Sequence record: PP496444.1
DNA length: 64,000 bases
Direction: 5' to 3' (one strand)
Below the pieces are notes generated by a model that saw only the letters and a program-made list of their open reading frames with translations, did not search any database and was not told where the DNA came from. Below are positions 18,326-27,355 of this stretch, in pieces; within the stretch, counting starts at the first letter, position 1; every line of letters begins with the position of its first letter. Made by a program: the position numbers and the translations under genes.

Positions 18326-18528
18326 GGTTGCCTCTCCACGCGCTGACTGAAGGTTACCTTACCTGTGTATTGAGCGGCGCTCCGTCCTCGACCCTTGACC
18401 ATACGGTCCATCGCCTTGTCGATGGCTCGATTGAACAACGCATAGGTGATACGCTGTTTCATCTCAGTCCGCAATTTTGAGGTGGCTCGTTGAGGTATAG
18501 TCAACGGATACCGGTCTACCTTCTTCAT
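18322..18528 (-). CDS. Small basic hypothetical protein
   Basis: Start ATG 18528 overlapping the helicase stop (ATGA). Confidence 0.55.
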   Translation of the reverse strand: MKKVDRYPLTIPQRATSKLRTEMKQRITYALFNRAIDKAMDRMVKGRGRSAAQYTGKVTFSQRVERQP

Positions 18529-20138
18529 TTGTTCCACTCCTTGCGAGCCTTCAACTGGGCTTCGGTAGGGGCCACCCGGAACCGTGTGTTCTGGGGTGAC
18601 AAGTTCTTGAGCAATGTGGTGGTCACGCATTCGTGCGGCGTGATATGCAGCAGCAGGTCGCTGGCACGGGTGTACGAGACGTATTGAACGTGGGGCAGCT
18701 GCCCATCTTCACAGTCGAACCAGTCGTCGATGACCGCGACACGCTCGCTCTCCATCCCCTTCGCACCCCATGAGGTGTTAAGCTCCACACCTTTGCCGTG
18801 GTCGTTGGCAATGATCTTGGTGATGAACGTCTTCACTTCGGCAGCACTGCCAAGGTCCCAGTTGGTGACGATGTACAGCGCAGCGTCTGCCGCATCCTTG
18901 ATCAGTGGTTCCTTCGCCTCTTTGCGCAACTCATCCAAGGCCTTAACGAAGTCGAGAGTGGACTTGCGACCGCAACGCATGGCGACACCGATCACCTGCT
19001 CCAGCACTTTGGCCTTCTTGAAGGTAACCTCCAGTCCGCGATCCATGTACTCCAGCGCAATGCGGATCAGGTGCTTGTTACGGGCACTGACCACACGCTG
19101 CACGTCGAACTTGATCATGCTCTTGACGCGGTACGGGTCCTTCTTGGTGTGTGCCGTCAGCATCTTAACTTGTCCACCCTCAGCGAAGGCTTCCAGCGGC
19201 ACGTTGGGGAACCTGCCTTTGACAAACTCAACGATCTTCGACTTGGACCGGTACGTGGTGGTCGATGGCAGGCGCTTGGCGTTGAACTCCTTGAACATCT
19301 CGGCCATACCCGCACTCAACCCACCCCGGAACGCATAGATGGCCTGCCATGGATCACCGACGAAGACGAACAACATGCCGGGCTTCAGCCGACGGAACAG
19401 GCGCAACGTATCATGCTGCACAAGGTTGAAGTCTTGGAACTCATCGACGAACAACACGTCCGGCAGGATCTTCGCCAGCGTGGCGTACTGCGTGCGGATA
19501 AAGCTGTTGGACAGAACCATGCGGCTCATGTCGTTGAAGTCTACCGACGACGTGGTCTCATCGCTGGCTTCCAGCGCTTCGCAGATCTCAGGAAGCAGAG
19601 GCACCACCTTCTCATGCGGAATCAAGAAGCGATACTTGCCGGTGATCAACTCCTTGATCTTCTTCGGGTCGCTGTAGGGAATGCCCAATTCCCGAATACG
19701 CTCTCCGTGCCAGCGGATGTCCTTGTTCACCCGTGGCCCATCTTGCGGGAACAGTGCGTCCACCACCTGGAACCACTTGTCGAACATGACCGGCACCGCC
19801 TTAACTCCAGTCAAGGTCTTGAACAAGTCCAGGCCGTAGCTGTGCATGGTGGAGCTGGACACGGCTCTGTCCTTGATACGCTGATCGAACACCTTGGCGT
19901 TGTCCGTGTTGAACACGATGGCGCGCAGTGTCAGCCGTGGGCACTCTTTACGAAGACGGCGAATGGTCTCGATGATCAGGGTAGTCTTACCCGAGCCCGC
20001 ACCGGCATCAATGCCCACTGCATCTTGGGGCTTGCCGGTGTACAAGTCTTTCGGCATCGACTTGGCTTTCTTCATGATCTCGTCGAAGATGTCATTCTGT
20101 TGCTTGGACCAAACTCTTTCAGTGGGTGACGTTGACAT
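18525..20138 (-). CDS. UvrD/Rep-like SF1 DNA helicase
   Basis: AGAGSGKTT, VDEFQD, VGDPWQAIYAFRG, TYRS, AKGME, YVSYTRA. Confidence 0.92.
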   Translation of the reverse strand: MSTSPTERVWSKQQNDIFDEIMKKAKSMPKDLYTGKPQDAVGIDAGAGSGKTTLIIETIRRLRKECPRLTLRAIVFNTDNAKVFDQRIKDRAVSSSTMHSYGLDLFKTLTGVKAVPVMFDKWFQVVDALFPQDGPRVNKDIRWHGERIRELGIPYSDPKKIKELITGKYRFLIPHEKVVPLLPEICEALEASDETTSSVDFNDMSRMVLSNSFIRTQYATLAKILPDVLFVDEFQDFNLVQHDTLRLFRRLKPGMLFVFVGDPWQAIYAFRGGLSAGMAEMFKEFNAKRLPSTTTYRSKSKIVEFVKGRFPNVPLEAFAEGGQVKMLTAHTKKDPYRVKSMIKFDVQRVVSARNKHLIRIALEYMDRGLEVTFKKAKVLEQVIGVAMRCGRKSTLDFVKALDELRKEAKEPLIKDAADAALYIVTNWDLGSAAEVKTFITKIIANDHGKGVELNTSWGAKGMESERVAVIDDWFDCEDGQLPHVQYVSYTRASDLLLHITPHECVTTTLLKNLSPQNTRFRVAPTEAQLKARKEWNK

Positions 20139-20169
20139 GGGTTTACCTTAACACTTCACGGTTTCCACT

Positions 20170-20203
20170 CATTTACCCGAGACGTACCCGCGTGGGGTAA
20201 ATG
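20170..20203. promoter_or_regulatory. Divergent pair of GGGTAAATG motifs (candidate phage-specific promoters)
   Basis: CATTTACCC (20170-78) and GGGTAAATG (20195-203) face the two divergent genes. Confidence 0.5.
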
Positions 20204-20265
20204 GGCGTATAGCAATCGAATGCGTGGAATTAGCCCTGAACGGCGTCCATACTAGCGGAGAACAC

Positions 20266-21744
20266 ATGAAATCTGTAGCCATTGATTACCAAAAGATAGC
20301 CAAGGAGTGCCAGTGCACAGAGCTGCCGCCACGGGTAAGAGTAACCCGTGCACGGGTCTATCCAAACCTGAGGACGTGCCTACTCTATCTCAAGTACGAT
20401 GCCAAAGGTGAACTGGTGCAAGCCGAGATCACCGCGCCGTACGACACATCCACCGAGCCAAAGGTGCGTGTGCTCAAACACCCGGACAAGAAGTCGGAGT
20501 TCCTTTCATTATATAGGGCGCTGATCCGCCACCAGATTATACCGGAGTCGATACCGAAGAAAGGTAACGGCATTGCCCCGACGCTGGAGGTCATCGGTAC
20601 ACTGGTCAGTCTGCTGCCGGGGCGTGACGTTGAAACCTTCCGCACGCTGACCCCGGCCATCCAGACCGGTGGTGTCATATACGTGCCACTGGTTACCTCG
20701 CGTCCGATGCCGATGGTGCAACACTGGATACCTGTCAGCCAGCATTCAGAGCTGGGGATGATCGAACTCATTGACACCGACAGCAAGCCTCTACTGAACC
20801 AGTGGATCAACAGGTTGAGCAACACGGCCACCGGCTATGTGATCTACACGCCGGACGGTTCGCATGCACAGGAACTCCTCTGCTTCCGCGTACCCAACGT
20901 GCAAGGTGAGGAACTGTGCGTAGTCAAGAAGGTGGACTTCACGCTGACCGTGGCCCGCAGTCTCAAGCCAGTGCTGACCGTATCGACCAAGAGCACGCGT
21001 GCCGTGTCCCGCATCCCCCTGCCACATTACCTGATGCTGCGCAATCACCACATCAAGGTGGGTACCGTGATCTCGCTGCGCCGTAACGACCGGGGCGGGC
21101 TGGTGTACCATGAGACGGTAGCGGAGGAAGGCATGACACCCTTGCCTCTCTGCCCCTACTGTCACAGCGGATCTGTGCTGCTTCCCGGCAACAACGACGT
21201 GTACTGCAAGAACGACTCCTGCCGTGGCCTTGCCAACGTGCGCCTGCACTACGTCTTGAACAACAAGCTGGATGTCAAGTACCTGAGCAACACCAAGGTG
21301 ACAGCGCTGATCAACGACAAGCAGGACCTGTTCACCCTGCTCAAGACACCGACTCACCTACTGCGACACAGACCGGGCTTCGGTGCACGTACGGTCGATG
21401 CACTGGAGAAGAAGCTGGACAGCATTGCAAGTCTTCCGCTGCATACGCTGGCCGAACTGTCCTGCGCCTTCTACAACGTGGGCGTGCCCCCACTGGATGA
21501 GATGGTGTTCAAGAAGATCTTTTCCATCATGTCACTCGACTACCTGAAAGCGCTGCCGTCCACTGGCAAGATGTACAGTCAGTTGCTCGACATCGAAGGT
21601 ATCCGCAACAACCGCGCAGTGGCTTTCCTAGCGGGTTGGCCTGCCTTTCAACAGTGGATGCTAGACCTGGATGCTGCCCTACAATCTCGCAGCGCAGTCT
21701 CCACCACGGTAAATAGCCCAAAACAAATTCGAGGTGTGCAATGA
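20266..21744 (+). CDS. NAD+-dependent DNA ligase homologue, apparently catalytically inactive
   Basis: OB fold, CPYC..CKNDSC Zn finger and HhH repeats present. Motif I EPKxDG aligns to YPNLRT; no domain Ia; motif III EVIGT. Start ATG 20266 (GGAG). Confidence 0.65.
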   Translation: MKSVAIDYQKIAKECQCTELPPRVRVTRARVYPNLRTCLLYLKYDAKGELVQAEITAPYDTSTEPKVRVLKHPDKKSEFLSLYRALIRHQIIPESIPKKGNGIAPTLEVIGTLVSLLPGRDVETFRTLTPAIQTGGVIYVPLVTSRPMPMVQHWIPVSQHSELGMIELIDTDSKPLLNQWINRLSNTATGYVIYTPDGSHAQELLCFRVPNVQGEELCVVKKVDFTLTVARSLKPVLTVSTKSTRAVSRIPLPHYLMLRNHHIKVGTVISLRRNDRGGLVYHETVAEEGMTPLPLCPYCHSGSVLLPGNNDVYCKNDSCRGLANVRLHYVLNNKLDVKYLSNTKVTALINDKQDLFTLLKTPTHLLRHRPGFGARTVDALEKKLDSIASLPLHTLAELSCAFYNVGVPPLDEMVFKKIFSIMSLDYLKALPSTGKMYSQLLDIEGIRNNRAVAFLAGWPAFQQWMLDLDAALQSRSAVSTTVNSPKQIRGVQ

Positions 21745-22565
21745 GCAAGAACAAAGGAACACGTACCGCCGTGCTGGTCGGTGGAGGTTTGGACTCCCAC
21801 GCATACATGGTGTTGAACGCTGATCGAGCGCAGACAGACTTCATTCATGTGGACTACGGCCAGCGGGTTGCAGTGGCCGAGAGAAACGCCGTGCTGCACA
21901 TGGCCGAGAAGCTGGGCATTGCCCGCAGTCGTGTGTATACGTTGATCTGCGGCAAGACGAACCACATGCGCAAAGTCAACGAAGGCGTCGGCGTGTTGTT
22001 CGGCACTGGCCCGGTCGAGATGGACAACGCGTTCGTGAAAGGACGCAACCTGTTCCTGATTCAGAAGGCCATCGAACTGGGGCATGGTCACGTGCACTTG
22101 ACGTTGACGCAAGAACGTGGCCGGATGTTCCCCGATGCCGATCTGGGATTCGTCCAGCTGGTGGACAATCTGATGCACCGCAGCTACGACGTGAGAGTTA
22201 CTGCGCCCTACATCATGGAAGACAAGCATCGGGTGATGTTCAAGGCGTATCGCCACTGCCCCGAGTTCATCGACATGTCTTTCACGTGCTGGGTCGGCCC
22301 TCATGTAGAGTGCGGCATGTGCCCCCACTGCGTCAAGAAGGAAAAGATTAAAGCCGAGATGGTTATCCAGAAAGCTGAGTACGATCTCAACAAGGATACC
22401 CGAGAGGTGCAGTGGGAACAAGTCAAAGCAGGCTACGGCAGTGCATTGAAACCAAGCAGTGTTCAAATCTGTGAAGGAATAGCTGCACGTACGGATGAGG
22501 CATTAGTTTCATCTCCTATCCGTAGCCCTGATCAGGCCATGATCAAATCGATCCGAGGTAATTGA
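21741..22565 (+). CDS. queC: QueC-family (7-cyano-7-deazaguanine synthase-like) protein, paralogue 1
   Basis: GGGLDS PP-loop, DYGQR, KGRN, FPDA, Zn site C-x7-CGMCPHC. Confidence 0.82.
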   Translation: MSKNKGTRTAVLVGGGLDSHAYMVLNADRAQTDFIHVDYGQRVAVAERNAVLHMAEKLGIARSRVYTLICGKTNHMRKVNEGVGVLFGTGPVEMDNAFVKGRNLFLIQKAIELGHGHVHLTLTQERGRMFPDADLGFVQLVDNLMHRSYDVRVTAPYIMEDKHRVMFKAYRHCPEFIDMSFTCWVGPHVECGMCPHCVKKEKIKAEMVIQKAEYDLNKDTREVQWEQVKAGYGSALKPSSVQICEGIAARTDEALVSSPIRSPDQAMIKSIRGN

Positions 22566-22566
22566 C

Positions 22567-23334
22567 ATGAAAAAGTTCGCCAGCTGGTTCAAGCGTCTGC
22601 TGAGTAAGAAGCCCAAGTCGATCACGATGACGATGACAGACGCCGGTGGCAAGTTGATCACCATTCACATACCACAAGGTGCGGGTGTCGAATACACTCT
22701 GTCGAAGTCGGGTACCCACTTGAACGTCTCGGTCAAGGACGACATCTTCGTACTGAGCACGAACGGTGGTGGAGGTGGTGGGAGCGGCGGTGGTTCCAGG
22801 CCTGGTGTCAATGGTGGCCCCGGTCATACGCCCGTGTATCCGCGCCAAACCGCCCCAGTGGGTGCAGGCGCTCCGAACGCGGGTTGCGCTGGGGATGCAC
22901 CGAGTGGAGCAGGTGTAACGCCACCAGTGGGCGGACAAGCATCGTTTCCTATTGGCGCCCGAGTAACCGTATCAGGTGGTGGCCGGTGTAGTGGTCTGGC
23001 GGGTGACGGGCGTGAACGTAAAGAACTCGGGGGTGGCCCCGGTCCCGACGGAGACAGCTTCGTCGCATCCCCCATTCGCAGTAGTGACCGAGCCTACATG
23101 ATCCGAGGCTTGTACTACGTCATCACGACCCGCAAGATAACAGGCGAGGAATATCCGATCCACGAACTTCTGCACTGGGGCAAGAAGAGCATCGAACTCA
23201 TGGGCAAGTTCCACACAGTTCGAGATGCTATCGACGAACTCAAGAAGCAGCTGGGTATCGTGTTAGACGATATTACGGACTATCAGGTTGAATCCATCCC
23301 CAAACGCATGTGCAAGCCCCCGCGTAAACCTTGA
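22567..23334 (+). CDS. Hypothetical protein with Gly/Pro-rich linker
   Basis: 255 aa; poly-Gly tract; SPIRS.D.A..IRG motif shared with the QueC-1 tail. Confidence 0.6.
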   Translation: MKKFASWFKRLLSKKPKSITMTMTDAGGKLITIHIPQGAGVEYTLSKSGTHLNVSVKDDIFVLSTNGGGGGGSGGGSRPGVNGGPGHTPVYPRQTAPVGAGAPNAGCAGDAPSGAGVTPPVGGQASFPIGARVTVSGGGRCSGLAGDGRERKELGGGPGPDGDSFVASPIRSSDRAYMIRGLYYVITTRKITGEEYPIHELLHWGKKSIELMGKFHTVRDAIDELKKQLGIVLDDITDYQVESIPKRMCKPPRKP

Positions 23335-23372
23335 GCGGGTAAATGGCTCGTAACTAATCCGGAGACATCAGC

Positions 23373-24191
23373 ATGAACGCTACACCGCCAAAGATCCTTA
23401 TCGCATTCAGCGCTGGCACAGATTCAACGACAGCGGCCTACTACTACCGAGGTCTTGGGTATCAGGTAACGCTGGCTGTGTTTGACGATGGCCCCTGCAA
23501 CGACCCGCAGAGCCCATTGTACGATCCGAGCAAGCCGGAAGACCTGACCAACTTCTCGGATGAGTTCTACGACTACGTGCGACTGCATCAGGATCACACT
23601 GCCCGGCACTTGCAGTTCGACTTCGTTGAGATGCGCTATCCGCAGCTTCCGTTGCTGGAAGCCAACAAGACGGCCAAGCCCGGTCGGGACAACGCAGCGG
23701 CAGCAGAGGCTGATGGCTTGGGGTTCTGGGTCGGCTTCAAAGGCCTGATGGCAATGATGCTGATGAGCCACGGTGCGGCCAACGGCTACGAGGCTGTGGT
23801 CTTCGGACACATGCCGTACAACAGCCATTACGAAGATGAGCTGCCCCAGAACTTCGAGCTGCTGCGCCAGTACATGGTTACGGCCTACGGTAGCCGGGTA
23901 AACATCCCCCACATCTACCACCCGTTCTACCGCCCCAACTTCGATACCAAAGAAAAGGTTATCCAGCTGGCGTTGAACATCGGTGTGCCCCTGCGAGATA
24001 CTTATTCGTGCCGCCGAGGTGAAGTGGAAACCCGAGGCGTTCTCCTGCCACTTCTTCGTGGTGGTAAATCCAGCTATGTGAATCCCACCTACCGCTGGAA
24101 GCATTGTGGTACTTGTGAGAACTGTGTCGAACGCAAGCGAGCCTTCGCGGCGCTGGGCATGAAAGACCCTGCCCCTTATATGGAACATTGA
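23373..24191 (+). CDS. QueC-family protein, divergent paralogue 2
   Basis: FSAGTDS, KEKVIQLA..IGVP..TYSC, HCGTCENCVERKRAF; RN and YPDC motifs replaced by FK and YEDE. Confidence 0.78.
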   Translation: MNATPPKILIAFSAGTDSTTAAYYYRGLGYQVTLAVFDDGPCNDPQSPLYDPSKPEDLTNFSDEFYDYVRLHQDHTARHLQFDFVEMRYPQLPLLEANKTAKPGRDNAAAAEADGLGFWVGFKGLMAMMLMSHGAANGYEAVVFGHMPYNSHYEDELPQNFELLRQYMVTAYGSRVNIPHIYHPFYRPNFDTKEKVIQLALNIGVPLRDTYSCRRGEVETRGVLLPLLRGGKSSYVNPTYRWKHCGTCENCVERKRAFAALGMKDPAPYMEH

Positions 24192-24192
24192 T

Positions 24193-25212
24193 ATGGCCCT
24201 TTCAATCTGGCCGCTGACCGAGGAAGAACTCGGTCAGAACCTAGTCAACGAACTGAATCGTACCAGCAAGGCGCTGGTTAACCGGCGTATGTGGTCTTTG
24301 CCACTGCTCCGGCGTTTGTTTTATCGGCGCACTGAGATCGGTGTACCGGAACTGCTTCACGTCTGTTCCTCCAATTATCGGGGCCAGATTTACTTCTGCC
24401 TGCTTGTGAACTACCGAGACGTGGTGATGGGGAACCCTGAGCAATACGGCTGGGATCTCGCTGGCCGGTGGTTGTTCTACGACGTGGATCTGTTGGATAC
24501 CCCGGAGTTTAAGAAGGTTAAGCACGCCATCGGACAAGCTGCCCCTGTGATTACTGATGTGTCTTATGGTCAAGCATTCGTCCCAGATGAAGGTGGTATG
24601 GGGGACGAGCACTGGATCAAGAAACTGAAAGGTAACTACCGCCCTCACATTTTCGGCGAAAAGTCAAAACAGGTTATAGTCAGTCAGACCTGTGGTATGG
24701 CAGCTACTCATGTGCTGACTGAGGCGGTAATGTCATTCGGTATCCAGCGCGCCGAAAGATTCATCGCGGAAGGTCAAGCGGATGTCATGCCAGAGTTGTA
24801 CGACCTACCCATGCAGCTGGCCGGGCTAGGGTCTATACCTGGAACCCGGATCGGCACCGTTTCACTCACCTGCCGGGATACCCGTGCACTGATCGGAACC
24901 TTGTCGTTCTACGTTGTGGCAGGTTTGGGTCACAGCGACATCATGTACATGCACGAGATGCTGATCGATCCTGATCCGAAGTGGAAGCCTCTGTCGGTAG
25001 CGGTCAACTTGCACATCCAGGCAATCATGTACGTGCGACATCTCAACGACCGATCCAATCAGAGTGCTGACTTGGTGATCAACCTCGGATTCAACTTGGA
25101 CGAGAAGTATAACACCTACAAAGAGGTGTTCCGTCCGAACAAGTCAGAGATGGAAATCTACACCGGCATGCACACCGAGCCGGGTATTCCACTGTCCTGT
25201 TTCAAGGGGTAA
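24193..25212 (+). CDS. Fem/ATE-like GNAT-fold (amino)acyltransferase candidate 1
   Basis: DEHWIKKLKGNYR helix; C-terminal LSVA..L..AI....NLG....YKEVFRP resembling the ATE_C/Bpt terminus. Confidence 0.5.
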   Translation: MALSIWPLTEEELGQNLVNELNRTSKALVNRRMWSLPLLRRLFYRRTEIGVPELLHVCSSNYRGQIYFCLLVNYRDVVMGNPEQYGWDLAGRWLFYDVDLLDTPEFKKVKHAIGQAAPVITDVSYGQAFVPDEGGMGDEHWIKKLKGNYRPHIFGEKSKQVIVSQTCGMAATHVLTEAVMSFGIQRAERFIAEGQADVMPELYDLPMQLAGLGSIPGTRIGTVSLTCRDTRALIGTLSFYVVAGLGHSDIMYMHEMLIDPDPKWKPLSVAVNLHIQAIMYVRHLNDRSNQSADLVINLGFNLDEKYNTYKEVFRPNKSEMEIYTGMHTEPGIPLSCFKG

Positions 25213-25215
25213 GAC

Positions 25216-26226
25216 ATGTACACTCCGTATTCCCAAAATAGCCTTATGCAGTCCATCCCGCTGGACGACAAAGGCACGTTCGCACATCCGCCGTACACCA
25301 TGGAAGGGGAGTTCACCGACGTGTGGACAAACCCCAATCTGTATGGGTTCACCAGCCTGCTGGACGGGCAGAGAAATAGCCGGACGTACCGGTACTGGAT
25401 GACGTCTCACAACCTTCCCGCGTTGTTCATCGGCCCGCATCATGAAGACTCTTTCTGGTTTGAATTCAGCACGGGATTGGAACCCACCTGTATGCTGGAT
25501 TACAACGATATCAATATCCAAGGTGGTATGAAAGACTTCCTCGAACGGTTGACTGCATCTCGTCGGCGCGCACTACTCAAGGCAATGGAAACGGATACGG
25601 TCATCCACAAGGCAGGAACCGTAGCCAACTTCAATCTGTATTATCCGGTTGAAGGACGCCTGTACAGCCTGACATCCATTCACGAACGCCGGGTGCTAAA
25701 AGACATCTCCGAGTTTATCGAGTCTAAACTCTGGAGTATGAAGCAACAACCTACTGACCTCACGTACGGGGCTTTCACCACCTTGATGAATCATATCAGG
25801 TTGAAGCAACGTGAAGATACACCGCTGGGCCATAAGTTGCGCAACGTCCAGCTCTTGGTGATCCGAGATGAACGTTCCGGCTTTATCCTGTCGGTTCATC
25901 TGGTGGGGATACACACGCTGAAAGATGATAACATGAATCCCACCAAGACGTACTTGCACTCCTTTGCGCGCATCACTGTTCTTCATGCACGGATTGCGTT
26001 GCTCACGCTGATCAAGGCAGTTCAAGAGTTAAACGTCACCAGTCAGTACGCATCCCGTGCACAGGAAAAGATCGACTACATCGACGTAAGCAACGTGGTG
26101 CTGTCCGAGCGAGAGCAGTACAAGTCGGACTTCTTCACTGACCGGTCACAGGTACACGCATGGGCATCCCCGGCGTTGTTGGAACGGCAGTTACCTTTCA
26201 TCCATCCCCGTGACATAACTCTGTAA
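25216..26226 (+). CDS. Fem-like GNAT-fold transferase candidate 2
   Basis: MKDFLERLTASRRRALLK helix; C-terminal ..YIDV....QYK. Confidence 0.5.
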   Translation: MYTPYSQNSLMQSIPLDDKGTFAHPPYTMEGEFTDVWTNPNLYGFTSLLDGQRNSRTYRYWMTSHNLPALFIGPHHEDSFWFEFSTGLEPTCMLDYNDINIQGGMKDFLERLTASRRRALLKAMETDTVIHKAGTVANFNLYYPVEGRLYSLTSIHERRVLKDISEFIESKLWSMKQQPTDLTYGAFTTLMNHIRLKQREDTPLGHKLRNVQLLVIRDERSGFILSVHLVGIHTLKDDNMNPTKTYLHSFARITVLHARIALLTLIKAVQELNVTSQYASRAQEKIDYIDVSNVVLSEREQYKSDFFTDRSQVHAWASPALLERQLPFIHPRDITL

Positions 26227-26272
26227 ATGATGGGAACAGCCCCACCATCACTTTATCTATAGGGTAGTTCCC

Positions 26273-27322
26273 ATGCAAGACTATGACAAGACTTACATTA
26301 GCAGCTGTTTAGTTACCAATCTGGTGTACGCGGGTTTGAACAATCTTATCACGCCCCGTGCCATTGACCTGCTGATCGAACATCAGGCAGCTATGGAAAA
26401 CATCTATGCCAATTTGGAAACGGCCTATCAGATTCCACAACCTTACCCAAAGGAGTCATTCTACTTTCCGTCAGAGGGTACGCCGGTGTTGGTGTCCGAT
26501 TACCTGAATTCCAGTCCTGCTATTCGTTGCGGAGAACTGGCCGGGTTCGAGGCTAAGCCCAGTGCATTCTTCATGCCGACTGCTGGCATCTTCCCGGAAC
26601 ATCGCATCGACGTACGTGGCCTGTCTTTACGCGACTTCGATCATTATCTAGTCGAACGTGCGGAAGTATCGCGTATCACTACCAATCTGGTGGCCGACAA
26701 GTTCCGTTGCGAGACCCACGTGTACAAAGCGGATGAAGATCACGTCCTGATCCATGACGCCGAACGGCTGGGTATCAGTCAAGCGGACTTCCGCCGCATG
26801 TGGGTACAGACCCGCCGCCGGGAAATCGCTGACAACTATCTGCAGCACATGCCCATCGAAGACTCCGCCAAGGATGATCAGGTGGTGCGACTGGTCAACG
26901 AAGACGTAGCACGGGTGTTCGCCCAGAACGTTGATTATGACCGCATGGTTCCGCCTGAGATGATCTTCGACGGGCAGGGTAAGCCAGTGCTGACCGTGCT
27001 GAAAGATTGCAACGCCAAGGTGCTAGGGATCGGCGTATACGTCATCTACAAGTCCGCTGACCCTGAACAAGACAGCGAGCTGCACTGGCGCGGTGCTTTC
27101 TACGACCACGAAGATCCACGCACGGCATCCATGGGCATTGAACACGCTCTGGTCGCCAGCGCACTGCACACGGCGTACGCCTGCAATGCGGTCCTGTACT
27201 TGACCAAGGCACCGAAGTCCGTGTGTGACGCATGGAAGACGGAAGTGCACCAAGGTTACGGCCTGGTCCGTAATGCGATGCCGGAACTGTCTGACACCCC
27301 TTACATTCTGGCTATCCAGTAA
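26273..27322 (+). CDS. Fem-like GNAT-fold transferase candidate 3
   Basis: DFDHYL helix; SMGIEHAL..AL..A.....LYL.....WK terminus. Confidence 0.45.
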   Translation: MQDYDKTYISSCLVTNLVYAGLNNLITPRAIDLLIEHQAAMENIYANLETAYQIPQPYPKESFYFPSEGTPVLVSDYLNSSPAIRCGELAGFEAKPSAFFMPTAGIFPEHRIDVRGLSLRDFDHYLVERAEVSRITTNLVADKFRCETHVYKADEDHVLIHDAERLGISQADFRRMWVQTRRREIADNYLQHMPIEDSAKDDQVVRLVNEDVARVFAQNVDYDRMVPPEMIFDGQGKPVLTVLKDCNAKVLGIGVYVIYKSADPEQDSELHWRGAFYDHEDPRTASMGIEHALVASALHTAYACNAVLYLTKAPKSVCDAWKTEVHQGYGLVRNAMPELSDTPYILAIQ

Positions 27323-27355
27323 ATAGCCGGTAACTCCATCCATTGAGGTACTTCC

